Of a stretch of DNA of 64,000 nt, positions 43,720-53,091 are shown piece after piece. The notes beneath the pieces were generated by a model. It ran no database searches and was not told the DNA's origin. It was given only the letters and a program-made list of their open reading frames with translations. The stretch's first letter is position 1. Each line of letters opens with the position of its first letter. The stretch lies in contig CAVTRY010000007.1 of the NCBI GenBank assembly GCA_963737265.1, positions 288,001-352,000 of the forward strand. Reading direction: 5' to 3'. This DNA comes from an uncultured delta proteobacterium (lineage in GTDB: Bacteria > Myxococcota_A > Polyangia > Fen-1088). A program made the translations under genes and the position numbers.

Positions 43720-44868
43720 ATGACTGCCTATCTCGACAACGCCGCATCCACCGCACCCTTGCCCGAAGTCGTCGAGGCGGTCAGTCGCGCCATGCGCGAA
43801 CACTTTGCCAATCCTTCATCCTTGCACGGGCTGGGCGCTGCCGCAGCGCGCGCACTCGCCAGCGCCCGCGAAGAGGTCGCGGCGCTCGTCCACGCCGAGC
43901 CCGACGCCATCGTCTTCACCGCGAGCGGCACCGAGGCCAACGCGCTCGGGCTGGTGGGCGCAGCACGTGCTTCGCGCAAGCGCCACGTCGTGATCAGCGA
44001 AATCGAACATGCAGCGGTGTTCGAATCGGCGCAAAGGCTGGGCGGCGAAGGCTGGCAGGTCGAGCGGGTCGCGCCCGGCAGCGACGGCTGCGTGACCGCC
44101 GAAGCGGTATTGGCCGCCGTGACCCCCGAGACGGCGGTGGTTTCCATCATGCTGGTCAACAACGAGATCGGCAGCGCGCAGCCGGTGGCCGACATCGCAC
44201 GCGGCTTGCGGTCGCTTGGGCGCAAGATCCATTTCCACGTCGACGCGGTTCAGTTCGCCGGCATCGTCCCTCTCGATGTGCGCACCAAGGGTGCGGATTC
44301 CATCGCCATTTCCGCGCACAAGTTGCACGGTCCTAAGGGCGCGGGCGCGCTTTGGCTGCGCAAAGGTGCGAACCTTGCGCCGCTTTACGGTGGTGGCGGG
44401 CAAGAGCGCGGCCTGCGCTCGGGCACCGAGAATCTCCCGGCGTGCGTGGGCTTCGGTGTAGCGGCAATGCATGCCCGCTCGGATCTCGAGCGTGCCGCTC
44501 GCGTGGGCCAATTGCGCGACCGACTGGAATCCCTCATTTTCGCGGCGGTTCGGCAAGCCAAGCCCGCGGTGCCGCTCGCCACGCCGCGCGCGCCGCACAT
44601 CGCAGGCGTTCTCTTGCCCGGCTTTCCGGCGGAGCCGGTCCTGCACGCGCTGGAGGCGCGCGGGGTGTATGCCTCCGAGGGCGCGGCCTGCTCGTCGCAC
44701 GCGCGCGAACAAAGCCGCGTCTTGCGCGCCCTAGGGGTTCCAGCGAACACGGGCGCGCTGCGTTTTTCCCTGTCGCGCCTGACCACCGCCGACGACATCG
44801 AACGAGCGGCGCGCGCGTTGTCGGAATCGGTCGAGGTCGTGGCAAAAATGGTAAACGCGGGGCGATGA
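43720..44868 (+). CDS. cysteine desulfurase (group I)
   Basis: 'YLDNAAST', 'HVDAVQ', 'SAHKLHGPKG', 'GAACSS'. Confidence 0.92.
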   Translation: MTAYLDNAASTAPLPEVVEAVSRAMREHFANPSSLHGLGAAAARALASAREEVAALVHAEPDAIVFTASGTEANALGLVGAARASRKRHVVISEIEHAAVFESAQRLGGEGWQVERVAPGSDGCVTAEAVLAAVTPETAVVSIMLVNNEIGSAQPVADIARGLRSLGRKIHFHVDAVQFAGIVPLDVRTKGADSIAISAHKLHGPKGAGALWLRKGANLAPLYGGGGQERGLRSGTENLPACVGFGVAAMHARSDLERAARVGQLRDRLESLIFAAVRQAKPAVPLATPRAPHIAGVLLPGFPAEPVLHALEARGVYASEGAACSSHAREQSRVLRALGVPANTGALRFSLSRLTTADDIERAARALSESVEVVAKMVNAGR

Positions 44869-46031
44869 TTTCGATCCTGTGCCGATACGGCGAGCTGTTC
44901 CTCAAGGGCGGCAACCGCGGATTCTTTCTGCGCGCCATGGCCGACAACGTCCGCGCGGCCGTGCGCGACCTGCCCGAGAGCCAGGTTCTCTCGCCCTACG
45001 GCCGCCTCGTGGTGCGCGTCCCCGGCGAAGCACGCGAAGACGCCTGCGCCCGCTTGGAACGCGTCTTCGGCCTGGTTTCCGTGTCGGCCGGGGCCGAGGC
45101 GGCGCTCAACATTGATGCCATCACCGCCACCGCCGTGGCCGAAGCCAGGGCCGCCGTCGCCCGCAATCCCGAGCTCGGCCGCAGCTTCAAGGTCGAATCC
45201 CGCCGCTCGAACAAAAATTTCCCCCTCAACTCGTATGCCATCGACTGCCACGTCGGCGACGCCATCATCGACGCCCTCGGCATGCCGGTGGATGTGCACA
45301 ATCCAAGCCTGCGCCTGGGTATCGAGATCGCCACCAACGCGGCCTACATCTTCGCCGAGGTTCGGCCCGCGCCGGGTGGCCTGCCGGTGGGCGTGTCGGG
45401 GCGCGGTCTGCTCTTGCTTTCGGGCGGCATCGACTCGCCCGTTGCCGGCTGGCTGGCCGCCAAGCGCGGGCTCGCCCTCGAAGCCCTCACCTTCCACTCG
45501 CCGCCCTTCACCGGCGAACGCGCCAAGGACAAGGTCGTGTCGCTGCTGCGCATTCTTGCGCGCTGGCAGGTCGCCAAGACGCTTTGGGTGGCACCCTTCA
45601 CCGAGGCGCAACAACATCTGCGGGATACCGGCTCCGGCGAATTGGCGGTGGTGCTCTATCGCCGCATGATGATTCGCGTGGCCGACATTCTGTGCAAACG
45701 CACGCGCTGCAACGCCATCGTCACGGGCGAAAACCTCGGCCAAGTTGCCAGCCAGACCTTGATCAACATGGCCAACATCGAAAACGCCGCTCGCCATATC
45801 GTGCTGCGACCGCTGCTCACCTACGACAAGATGGAAACGATCGCGCTTGCTCGCCGGATCGGAACCTTCGACACCTCGTCGTTGCCGTACGAGGATTGTT
45901 GTTCGCTCTTTCTGCCCGCCCATCCCGCCACGGCGGCCAAGATGAAAGACATCAAGGCCGCCGAGCGCAAGCTCGACGTGGGCGAAGAAGCATCCGCCAT
46001 CGCCGAGAAGTGCGAACGCATCGTGGTATAG
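44865..46031 (+). CDS. thiI: tRNA 4-thiouridine synthase
   Basis: 'RYGELFLKG', THUMP domain, 'SGGIDSPV', 'GQVASQT', 'PYEDCC'. Confidence 0.93.
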   Translation: MISILCRYGELFLKGGNRGFFLRAMADNVRAAVRDLPESQVLSPYGRLVVRVPGEAREDACARLERVFGLVSVSAGAEAALNIDAITATAVAEARAAVARNPELGRSFKVESRRSNKNFPLNSYAIDCHVGDAIIDALGMPVDVHNPSLRLGIEIATNAAYIFAEVRPAPGGLPVGVSGRGLLLLSGGIDSPVAGWLAAKRGLALEALTFHSPPFTGERAKDKVVSLLRILARWQVAKTLWVAPFTEAQQHLRDTGSGELAVVLYRRMMIRVADILCKRTRCNAIVTGENLGQVASQTLINMANIENAARHIVLRPLLTYDKMETIALARRIGTFDTSSLPYEDCCSLFLPAHPATAAKMKDIKAAERKLDVGEEASAIAEKCERIVV

Positions 46032-46032
46032 C

Positions 46033-47205
46033 TTACCCCTTCGGGATCAGGCGCGCCATGATCACGCCTTCGATCTTGCGGATCTTGTCGATCACGGCTT
46101 CTGTGACGGCACCATCGACGTCGATGATGTTGTACGCCAGCTCGCCTGCGCTCTTGTTCATCATGTCGATGATGTTGATTTTATCGGCGGCCAGCACGGT
46201 GGTGATTTGGCCGACCATGTTGGGCACGTTGGCGTTGCCGACGACGATGCGCGGGCGTCCCATGTACTGCATCTCGCTGTTGGGAAAATTCACCGAGTTC
46301 TTCACGTTGCCGAACTGGAGGAAGTCGCGCAGCTGGCGGGCAGCCATGACGGCACAGTTGTCCTCGGCCTCGGGCGTGGACGCGCCAAGATGGGGGACAG
46401 AAATGACGTTCTTCTCATCGAGCAGGTCGTCCTCGGGAAAATCCGTGACGTAGCTGGCGACCGTGCCCACGGCCAGGGCCTCCTTCAGATCCGCGGTCTT
46501 GACCAGACCGCCGCGCGCCAGGTTCACGATGCGCACGCCCTTCTTCATGACGGCGAACTGGCTGCGGCCGAGCATGCCCCTGGTGGCATCCAGCAGCGGC
46601 ACATGCAGCGTGATGTAATCGGACTGGGAAAGCAGCATGTCCAGGCTGGTCGCGCGCCGAACCGTGCGCGCCAGGCCCCACGCCGCCTCGACCGAAATGT
46701 ACGGATCGAAGCCGATCACGTCCATGCCGAGCGCAACGGCGTCGTTGGCCACCATGACACCGATGGCGCCGAGGCCGATGATGCCCAGTTTCTTGCCCTT
46801 GATCTCCGGACCCACGAAGTCCTTCTTGCCCTTCTCGACCAGCGGCCCGACCTCTTTGCCCTTGCCCTTGAGCGAACGCGTCCATTCGACGCCGGCGACA
46901 ATGCGCCGCGAGGAGAGCAGCAATCCGGCGAGGACCAGCTCTTTCACGCCGTTGGCGTTGGCGCCCGGCGTATTGAACACCACGATGCCGCGCTTCGAAC
47001 ATTTGTCGACCGGGATGTTGTTCACGCCAGCGCCGGCGCGGGCGATGCCCTTGAGCGAGGCCGGAAGGTCCAAGAACTGCATATCCGCGCTGCGCACGAG
47101 AACGCCGTCGGGGTTCAGGATCTCGGACGCGATTTCATAGCAATCGCGCGGTAGCTCGTCGAGTCCGATGGAAGCAATCTTGTTGAGTGTCTGGATCTTG
47201 AACAT
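46033..47205 (-). CDS. serA: D-3-phosphoglycerate dehydrogenase with ACT domain
   Basis: 'RAGAGVNNIP', 'GLGAIG', 'PHLGAST', C-terminal ACT. Confidence 0.9.
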   Translation of the reverse strand: MFKIQTLNKIASIGLDELPRDCYEIASEILNPDGVLVRSADMQFLDLPASLKGIARAGAGVNNIPVDKCSKRGIVVFNTPGANANGVKELVLAGLLLSSRRIVAGVEWTRSLKGKGKEVGPLVEKGKKDFVGPEIKGKKLGIIGLGAIGVMVANDAVALGMDVIGFDPYISVEAAWGLARTVRRATSLDMLLSQSDYITLHVPLLDATRGMLGRSQFAVMKKGVRIVNLARGGLVKTADLKEALAVGTVASYVTDFPEDDLLDEKNVISVPHLGASTPEAEDNCAVMAARQLRDFLQFGNVKNSVNFPNSEMQYMGRPRIVVGNANVPNMVGQITTVLAADKINIIDMMNKSAGELAYNIIDVDGAVTEAVIDKIRKIEGVIMARLIPKG

Positions 47206-47378
47206 GGTTTCTGCCTCGCGGTGATAGTGATGGTCCGTTCCCCCAGCTTCGGCCGGGTATCCTGGCCGATCACGCGCACGCCGTCTACCAGGTATGATGG
47301 ATGGTAGTGGGTCAGTTTGAAGTCAACGCGCACGGTCGTTTCGTAGACACGGGCCGCGACTTGTGGCAACCCTAGAGC

Positions 47379-47618
47379 ATGCAAAAGCGCGCACGCATGC
47401 CCAAAGACTTCAACCAACTGGCCAAGATGGTCGGCGACATCGCCACGGGTCAGGCCCCGGCCGAGCCAGACGCTAACGCTGGCAAGAATCCCGCAGCGGT
47501 GGCACTGGGGAAGCTCGGAGGCGTGAAGGGTGGCAAAGCGCGGGCCGCCAACATGACCAAGAAGCAGCGATCGGAAGCCGCTAAGAAGGCAGCCAAGGCG
47601 CGGTGGGGAAAGGGTTAG
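47379..47618 (+). CDS. small basic protein with GG-ARA...AAKARW motif
   Basis: 'KNPAAVALGKLGGVKGGKARAANMTKKQRSEAAKKAAKARW'. Confidence 0.75.
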   Translation: MQKRARMPKDFNQLAKMVGDIATGQAPAEPDANAGKNPAAVALGKLGGVKGGKARAANMTKKQRSEAAKKAAKARWGKG

Positions 47619-48589
47619 TCTTCAAACGGGAAACTTGTCTGGCGTCCGAATACCCTCGCCACGTGACGCTCGTATTCCTCGCGAGTCGCCGAGGCGTCCG
47701 CAAGACCAAGTAGACGCCCAAGATGGGTGCGCAGCGCCTTTACCCCTATTTCAGATAGGAACTGATGCAGTCTCTTGTGCGTTTCGCCTCCCCTGGCACG
47801 ACGTGTGAGTTCAAGTATCTTTCCGTGGCTGTGGGCCAAGGGCTCGTACACTTGCGCCACTGTTAGGTGCTTGAACTTCCACGGCCTGTTCTTCTCGGGC
47901 TTGGGAAGCTGGTAAAGCCGATACCACTGCTCGTACAACTCCGGCGGAAATTCCTTCTCGTAGTCGCGGGCTTCTTCGCGGACGTAGAACTTGAAAGCCG
48001 CGATCGTCTCTTCTCGCGTAGCGTCGTAACCGGCAAGCGCATAGACCAGACCCTTGATGCCGGCCTTGGCAGAGGCGCCAAGAATCACGTGGGCTTGTCT
48101 GGCTACATTTTGGTGTGCCTTCTTCAGTTTGCCGTCTGCTTCGGCCTGGATGATGGCCTTACAAATATCGACGAGGATCGTGACGTCGTATCCGTTCACC
48201 GTAACGGGAGGCACCGCCGCGACCAGCGATGACCACTGGAAAACAAGGGGGTTTCTGATCTTTTCGACGAGTTCGCGACCGAGGTAAGGCGCCATCGTCG
48301 CAGTGCTGACGAAGGCAGGTAACCTGCCCCCGCTTCCTCCAGACAGACCCAACGCTGGCGCCATCCCGCGCTGGCTGATGACTGCCGTCTTTGGATCGTC
48401 ATCAAGCACGTAGCACTCGACGTCGATGCCGAACTCTTCCTTGAAATTTCCCTTATGGGTTGCGCGCGGCGTTTTCCCTCCCCACCTGGCAGCTGCGCCT
48501 TTCTTTGCAATGGCCCGCCTCTCTTCTGGCGACAGAATTTCGGCTCGCGCAATTCCTCCCAATGCTCTTCCCTTCGGTTCTTTGTCCAT
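47615..48589 (-). CDS. P63C-domain protein
   Basis: 'CYVLDD', 'GIKGLVYALAGY', 'YEKEFPPELYEQWYRL', 'LHQFLS'. Confidence 0.8.
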   Translation of the reverse strand: MDKEPKGRALGGIARAEILSPEERRAIAKKGAAARWGGKTPRATHKGNFKEEFGIDVECYVLDDDPKTAVISQRGMAPALGLSGGSGGRLPAFVSTATMAPYLGRELVEKIRNPLVFQWSSLVAAVPPVTVNGYDVTILVDICKAIIQAEADGKLKKAHQNVARQAHVILGASAKAGIKGLVYALAGYDATREETIAAFKFYVREEARDYEKEFPPELYEQWYRLYQLPKPEKNRPWKFKHLTVAQVYEPLAHSHGKILELTRRARGGETHKRLHQFLSEIGVKALRTHLGRLLGLADASATREEYERHVARVFGRQTSFPFED

Positions 48590-48690
48590 GCTTGCTTACC
48601 TTTCTTTGCTTGCATTCTAAGCACCGACAAGCAGAATGCAAGCATGAGTGAAGAAAAATGCTTGCATATACCTAACCGTTCAGGCATACT
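48589..48690. promoter_or_regulatory. divergent control region: TGCTTGC(AT) repeats and a sigma70-like transposase promoter
   Basis: 12-bp perfect inverted arms 48607-48618/48633-48644; TTGCAT-17-CATACT (48662-48690), 7 nt before the ATG. Confidence 0.65.
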
Positions 48691-48697
48691 GTTCAGT

Positions 48698-49516
48698 ATG
48701 AATCGGTTGCCACAAAACAAGCAGATCGCGGTGGTGAAGGCCCTCGTCGAGGGTTGCAGCATTCGCGCGACGGTGCGCATGACCGGCGTCGCGAAGAACA
48801 CCGTGATCAAGCTTCTTTTGGATCTCGGCGCGGCCTGTGAGGCGTACCAAGTCGAGCACTTGGTCAACCTCCCGTGCAAGCGCATTCAGTGCGACGAGAT
48901 TTGGAGTTTTGTGGGCGCGAAGGCGAAGCAGGTTGCCATGGGCGCGCACGGCGTGGGCGACGTCTGGACCTGGACCGCCATCGACGCAGAAACCAAGCTG
49001 GTCCCCTCGTGGCTTGTCGGCGACCGTGGCGCGGACACCGCCCGCCGCTTCATCTCGGATCTCGCTGGCCGTCTCTCAAGCCGTGTGCAACTCACGACCG
49101 ACGGCCACAAGGTCTACCTGGACGCCATCGAGCGCGCGTTCGGCGACGACATCGACTACGCGATGCTGGTCAAGCAGTACGGCGAGTGCCGCGAGGGCGG
49201 CGAAGTCCGCTACAGCCCGGCCGTCTGCACCGGAGCGAAGAAGGAAGCGATCACGGGGAACCCGGACGCCGCACACATTTCTACCAGCTACGTCGAGCGC
49301 CAGAATCTCACCATGCGCATGAGCATGCGGCGGTTCACCCGCCTGACGAACGCTTTCTCGAAGAAGGTCGAGAACCACGCCGCTGCCGTCGCGCTCTACT
49401 TCATGCACTACAATTTCTGCCGCATCCATCAGTCGTTGCGGGTGACGCCTGCGATGGCGGCGGGCGTGACGGATCACGTTTGGGAAATCGCGGAGATCGT
49501 CGACCTCTTGGGCTAG
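48698..49516 (+). CDS. IS1-family DDE transposase
   Basis: HTH 'SIRATVRMTGVAKNTV', 'IQCDEIWSFV', 'LTTDG', 'ISTSYVERQNLTMR'. Confidence 0.88.
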   Translation: MNRLPQNKQIAVVKALVEGCSIRATVRMTGVAKNTVIKLLLDLGAACEAYQVEHLVNLPCKRIQCDEIWSFVGAKAKQVAMGAHGVGDVWTWTAIDAETKLVPSWLVGDRGADTARRFISDLAGRLSSRVQLTTDGHKVYLDAIERAFGDDIDYAMLVKQYGECREGGEVRYSPAVCTGAKKEAITGNPDAAHISTSYVERQNLTMRMSMRRFTRLTNAFSKKVENHAAAVALYFMHYNFCRIHQSLRVTPAMAAGVTDHVWEIAEIVDLLG

Positions 49517-49590
49517 CCGGAGGATTCGGGAGCAACTTCCGCGACGTCCAGGCCGATAGGTCGTTAGAAGTTGCAAGACACGAGGATTTC

Positions 49591-51283
49591 ATGGGAACGT
49601 ACCTCAACGTGAACACGCTCTACTACGGCGACAACCTCGACGTGTTACGGCGGTATGTCCCCGACGAGTCGGTCCATCTCGTCTATCTGGATCCCCCCTT
49701 CCAGAGTGGACGTGATTACAACGTACTTTTCGAGGAACAGGATGGGACGAAGGCCAAGGCGCAGATTCAGGCATTCGAAGACACCTGGGAGTGGGATACG
49801 GGAGCTGCGGCGACCTTCGATGAAGCAGTTGGTGCTGGGGGGAAGGTAGGCGAGGCTTTGCTCGCATTCCGCCAACTCTTAGGCGGTAGCCCGATGCTGG
49901 CCTATCTGTCGATGATGGCCCCACGTCTCGTCGAACTGCGCCGAGTCCTAAAACCGACGGGCTCTCTCTACCTGCACTGCGATCCGAGCGCTAGCCACTA
50001 CATCAAATTGCTTCTTGATGCGGTTTTCGGCCCGGAACGCTTCATCAGCGAAATCGTATGGCAGCGCGCGATGTCGAAGGGGCTCTCGACGCGACGGCTT
50101 CCATCGAATCACGATGTCATCTTCCACTACAGCAAAGATGAGAACTGGATATGGAACGTCGACACCAACCTTCCGGCCGTATGACCCTGATGATCTCGAC
50201 GAGAAAACGGCAGGAAAATACTGCCACAAAGATCCAGACGGCAGAGTCTACCGTCTCAGCGACGTGACGAACCCCAATCCCGACCGCCCAAATCTGACAT
50301 ACGAGTTTCTTGGGATGACGAAAGTCTGGCGATGGACGAAGGATCGCATGCAGGCCGCATTCAATGCCGGCCTGGTCATCCAGACCAAACCGAGCACGAT
50401 ACCCCAGCTCAAGCGTTATCTCGACGAGCAGCGAGGACGCCCACTCGATGATGTCTGGACGGATATTCCTCCGCTCAATTCACAGGCAAAAGAACGGTTA
50501 GGGTATCCGACGCAGAAGCCGGTGGCTCTCTTGGAAAGAATCATCAGGGTTTCATCGAATGAAGGCGACGTTGTGCTTGATCCATTCTGTGGCTGTGGGA
50601 CCACGATTGAGGCTGCGGCGACGATGAAGAGGGAATGGATCGGGATCGACGTCACGCATCTTGCCGTGAGCCTAATCAAGCACCGCCTCTTGGGCAGTCT
50701 TGGAGCGAAGCCAGGCGTCGACTACAAGGTGATCGGGGAGCCGACCGACTTGGAGGGCGCGAAGCAACTCGCACTGGAGGACCGCCATCAATTCGAGCAT
50801 TGGGCCTTGGGCCTGGTAGGAGCGCGAGCTTCCGCACACGGGAAGGGTGCCGACAAAGGAATCGATGGCCTGCTCTTGTTCCAAGAAGGCGGGATCGGCA
50901 CTCCACACCTACGGGTTCCCATCTCGGTGAAGTCGGGGCATATCCATTCCAACATGGTGAGCGAGTTGCGTGGCGTGGTTGAGCGCGAGAAGGCCGCCCT
51001 GGGGGTTCTCATCACCCTTGAAGAACCAAGCGGGCCAATGAAGCGTGAGGCGGCCTCGGCGGGCTTCTACGAGTCCTCATGGGGCAAGCATCCGAAGTTG
51101 CAGATCCTCACCATAGAAGAACTTCTTGGCGGCAAAGGGATCGACATGCCGCCGATTCGCGCGGGCGGGACGACGTTCAAACAGGCGCCACGCGCGGAAG
51201 CCCAAGTCGAGCCAGAGTTGACGCTTCCTGGGATCGACGCGTCGACCACGCGGCCGGGCGGTCAGAAGCGGCGTCGGAAGTAG
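49591..51283 (+). CDS. beta-class DNA methyltransferase fused to an Mrr-like endonuclease domain; frameshift at ~50170
   Basis: 'YLDPPF', 'YPTQKP', 'LDPFCGCGTT', then 'DKGIDG...ISVKSG'. Confidence 0.82.
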
Positions 51284-51350
51284 AAACGGCGTCGTCAAGC
51301 TGCGTTAGGCGTTTTCGGATTCAAACTGACCCACTACCTGATGGATCGCA

Positions 51351-52106
51351 ATGCTGTCAATGATCGCTCTGCTGCTAGCCACTCCGGCGCTGGCCGAGGC
51401 CGGGGCGCGGGAAGCGCCGGCCGTGCTGTTTCCGTCAGAGCCGCTGGTTGCGGTTGCCGACGACCGGGAGGCGCATTTCGTGCCCGTGCTGCGCGAGCGA
51501 AGCAAGAAGGAGACCTGGTTGGCGGAAAAGGCGTGGCGGCCGGACGTGCACGTGCGCGACGCCGACCTTGCGCGAACGCACCGCCCCGGCGAACAGGCTC
51601 CCCGGCGAACGGGTCCGCCAAACGTCCAAGCCGAAGCGCGATTGGCAGGGGCCATGGCCCCCATCGGCACGGGAATCCAGCCCGTCACGACCCTGTTCAA
51701 CATCTGGAACCGCGAGGCGATGCCCCTCATCGCGGGCCAGCCCTACAAACGGCGCTTTCAAGTCTTCCTGCGCGACCACTACACCGCCGAGTCCACCCAA
51801 GCCGACACCCGACTCGCCATCATTCTGGCCGCGGCAGCGATTAGGTTCCACGCCCCGAGAGTCGAGATCGTTTCAGGATACCGCTCGCCCAAATACAACC
51901 TGATGTTGCGCAAGAAGGGACACCAGGTGGCGCGCGAAAGTCAGCACACGCAGGGCAACGCGGTCGATTTCCGCGTCCACGGCGTCGAGACCGAGGTCCT
52001 GCGGGAATTCGTGCGCGGGCTCCGCATGGGCGGCGTGGGCTTCTATCCGCGCACGCACTTTGTCCACGCGGATACCGGCAAGATCCGCTACTGGCAGGGA
52101 TCCTGA
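51351..52106 (+). CDS. DUF882/YcbK (peptidase M15) protein
   Basis: 'IVSGYRSP', 'SQHTQGNAVD', 'FVHADTG'. Confidence 0.88.
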   Translation: MLSMIALLLATPALAEAGAREAPAVLFPSEPLVAVADDREAHFVPVLRERSKKETWLAEKAWRPDVHVRDADLARTHRPGEQAPRRTGPPNVQAEARLAGAMAPIGTGIQPVTTLFNIWNREAMPLIAGQPYKRRFQVFLRDHYTAESTQADTRLAIILAAAAIRFHAPRVEIVSGYRSPKYNLMLRKKGHQVARESQHTQGNAVDFRVHGVETEVLREFVRGLRMGGVGFYPRTHFVHADTGKIRYWQGS

Positions 52107-52134
52107 CCCGTTCTACCGTCGCCGGGCGGCCTGG

Positions 52135-52956
52135 TCAGAATTTGCCACCCAGGCGAAAAGCCAAACCACCTTCGGGCAAGATATTCATGGCCACAACGCT
52201 GGATAGTGTGGGACGCAGAATCAGGACGGTGCCAACGACAAGCGCGGCTGCACTGGCACCAAAGAAGCCGTAGGACGTGTAGGCAAGGGGCTTGGCGTCG
52301 TCGCAGGCCGACTGTGCCGCCGCTTGACCCTGCATCGTGTACTCGGTACGGCAAGTGTCCATCTGGCTGCGCGCGGCAAGGTTGATGAGCACGGCCGCGC
52401 CAGCGAGGATGCCTGAGCTTCCGAACGCGATCCAAGCCCCGGCCCGTGAGGGCGATGAAGGTGGCTCCGGCGAGGTCACCGATTCAATCGGCTTTTTGTC
52501 GGCTGCGGTCGCCGTCGCACCTCGTTCTTGCGAGGGTTCGGTAGCGCCGGCGGCGGTGGCCGGTTCCGCGTCCTTCAGCCTTACTTGCGCCAGCCGTTCT
52601 CGAAGCGCATCGAGCTTGTGGTTCACTTCCTGGCTGTCCTTGGCGTCGGGAACGAGCAGCAAGTACTGGTTGTAGCTAGAGATGGCCAACTCCAAATCTC
52701 CGATCCGCTCGGCGATCTGCGCGATGTTGAAGGCGGTGAAGCCGTGGGGAACGAATTTGAGCGAGCACTGGAACGCCTTGAGCGCGGCAAGGTCGTCTCC
52801 GGAATTCACCCCTTCATTTCCCCTGCCGAACCATTTCTTGGCCTGTGCCCGGCGCTGCCCGGCGTCCGCTGGAATCTCGTCGGGACAGACCTCGGCGCGC
52901 GCGGTGCCGATAGCGGAAAAAACAGCGAGGGAAATGAGAATGAATCGCATCGTCAT
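52135..52956 (-). CDS. exported TPR-containing protein
   Basis: Signal peptide, TPR-like helices, C-terminal hydrophobic segments. Confidence 0.65.
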   Translation of the reverse strand: MTMRFILISLAVFSAIGTARAEVCPDEIPADAGQRRAQAKKWFGRGNEGVNSGDDLAALKAFQCSLKFVPHGFTAFNIAQIAERIGDLELAISSYNQYLLLVPDAKDSQEVNHKLDALRERLAQVRLKDAEPATAAGATEPSQERGATATAADKKPIESVTSPEPPSSPSRAGAWIAFGSSGILAGAAVLINLAARSQMDTCRTEYTMQGQAAAQSACDDAKPLAYTSYGFFGASAAALVVGTVLILRPTLSSVVAMNILPEGGLAFRLGGKF

Positions 52957-53091
52957 GAGCTACATCCGGGTTGAAGTTAAGCCTTTGCCAGGTTAACAGG
53001 AAGTCCGCTGGTTGTGAATGCACCCGCCCAAGAACCCCAAAAACTCCCAAGAACCCAAGAACGATAACACCGAATCGCGGAGTGGTCCCGC

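Larger units (their letters stand above)
47303..51338 (+). mobile_element. IS1-family passenger-carrying element (4036 bp), 19-bp TIRs, 8-bp TSD TGATGGAT
   Basis: GGTAGTGGGTCAGTTTGAA (47303-47321) / TTCAAACTGACCCACTACC (51320-51338); TGATGGAT at 47295-47302 and 51339-51346. Confidence 0.93.

Noticed and set aside
53025-53065. CCCAAGAA-like intergenic repeats
   Set aside because: Low-complexity spacer with no evidence of function
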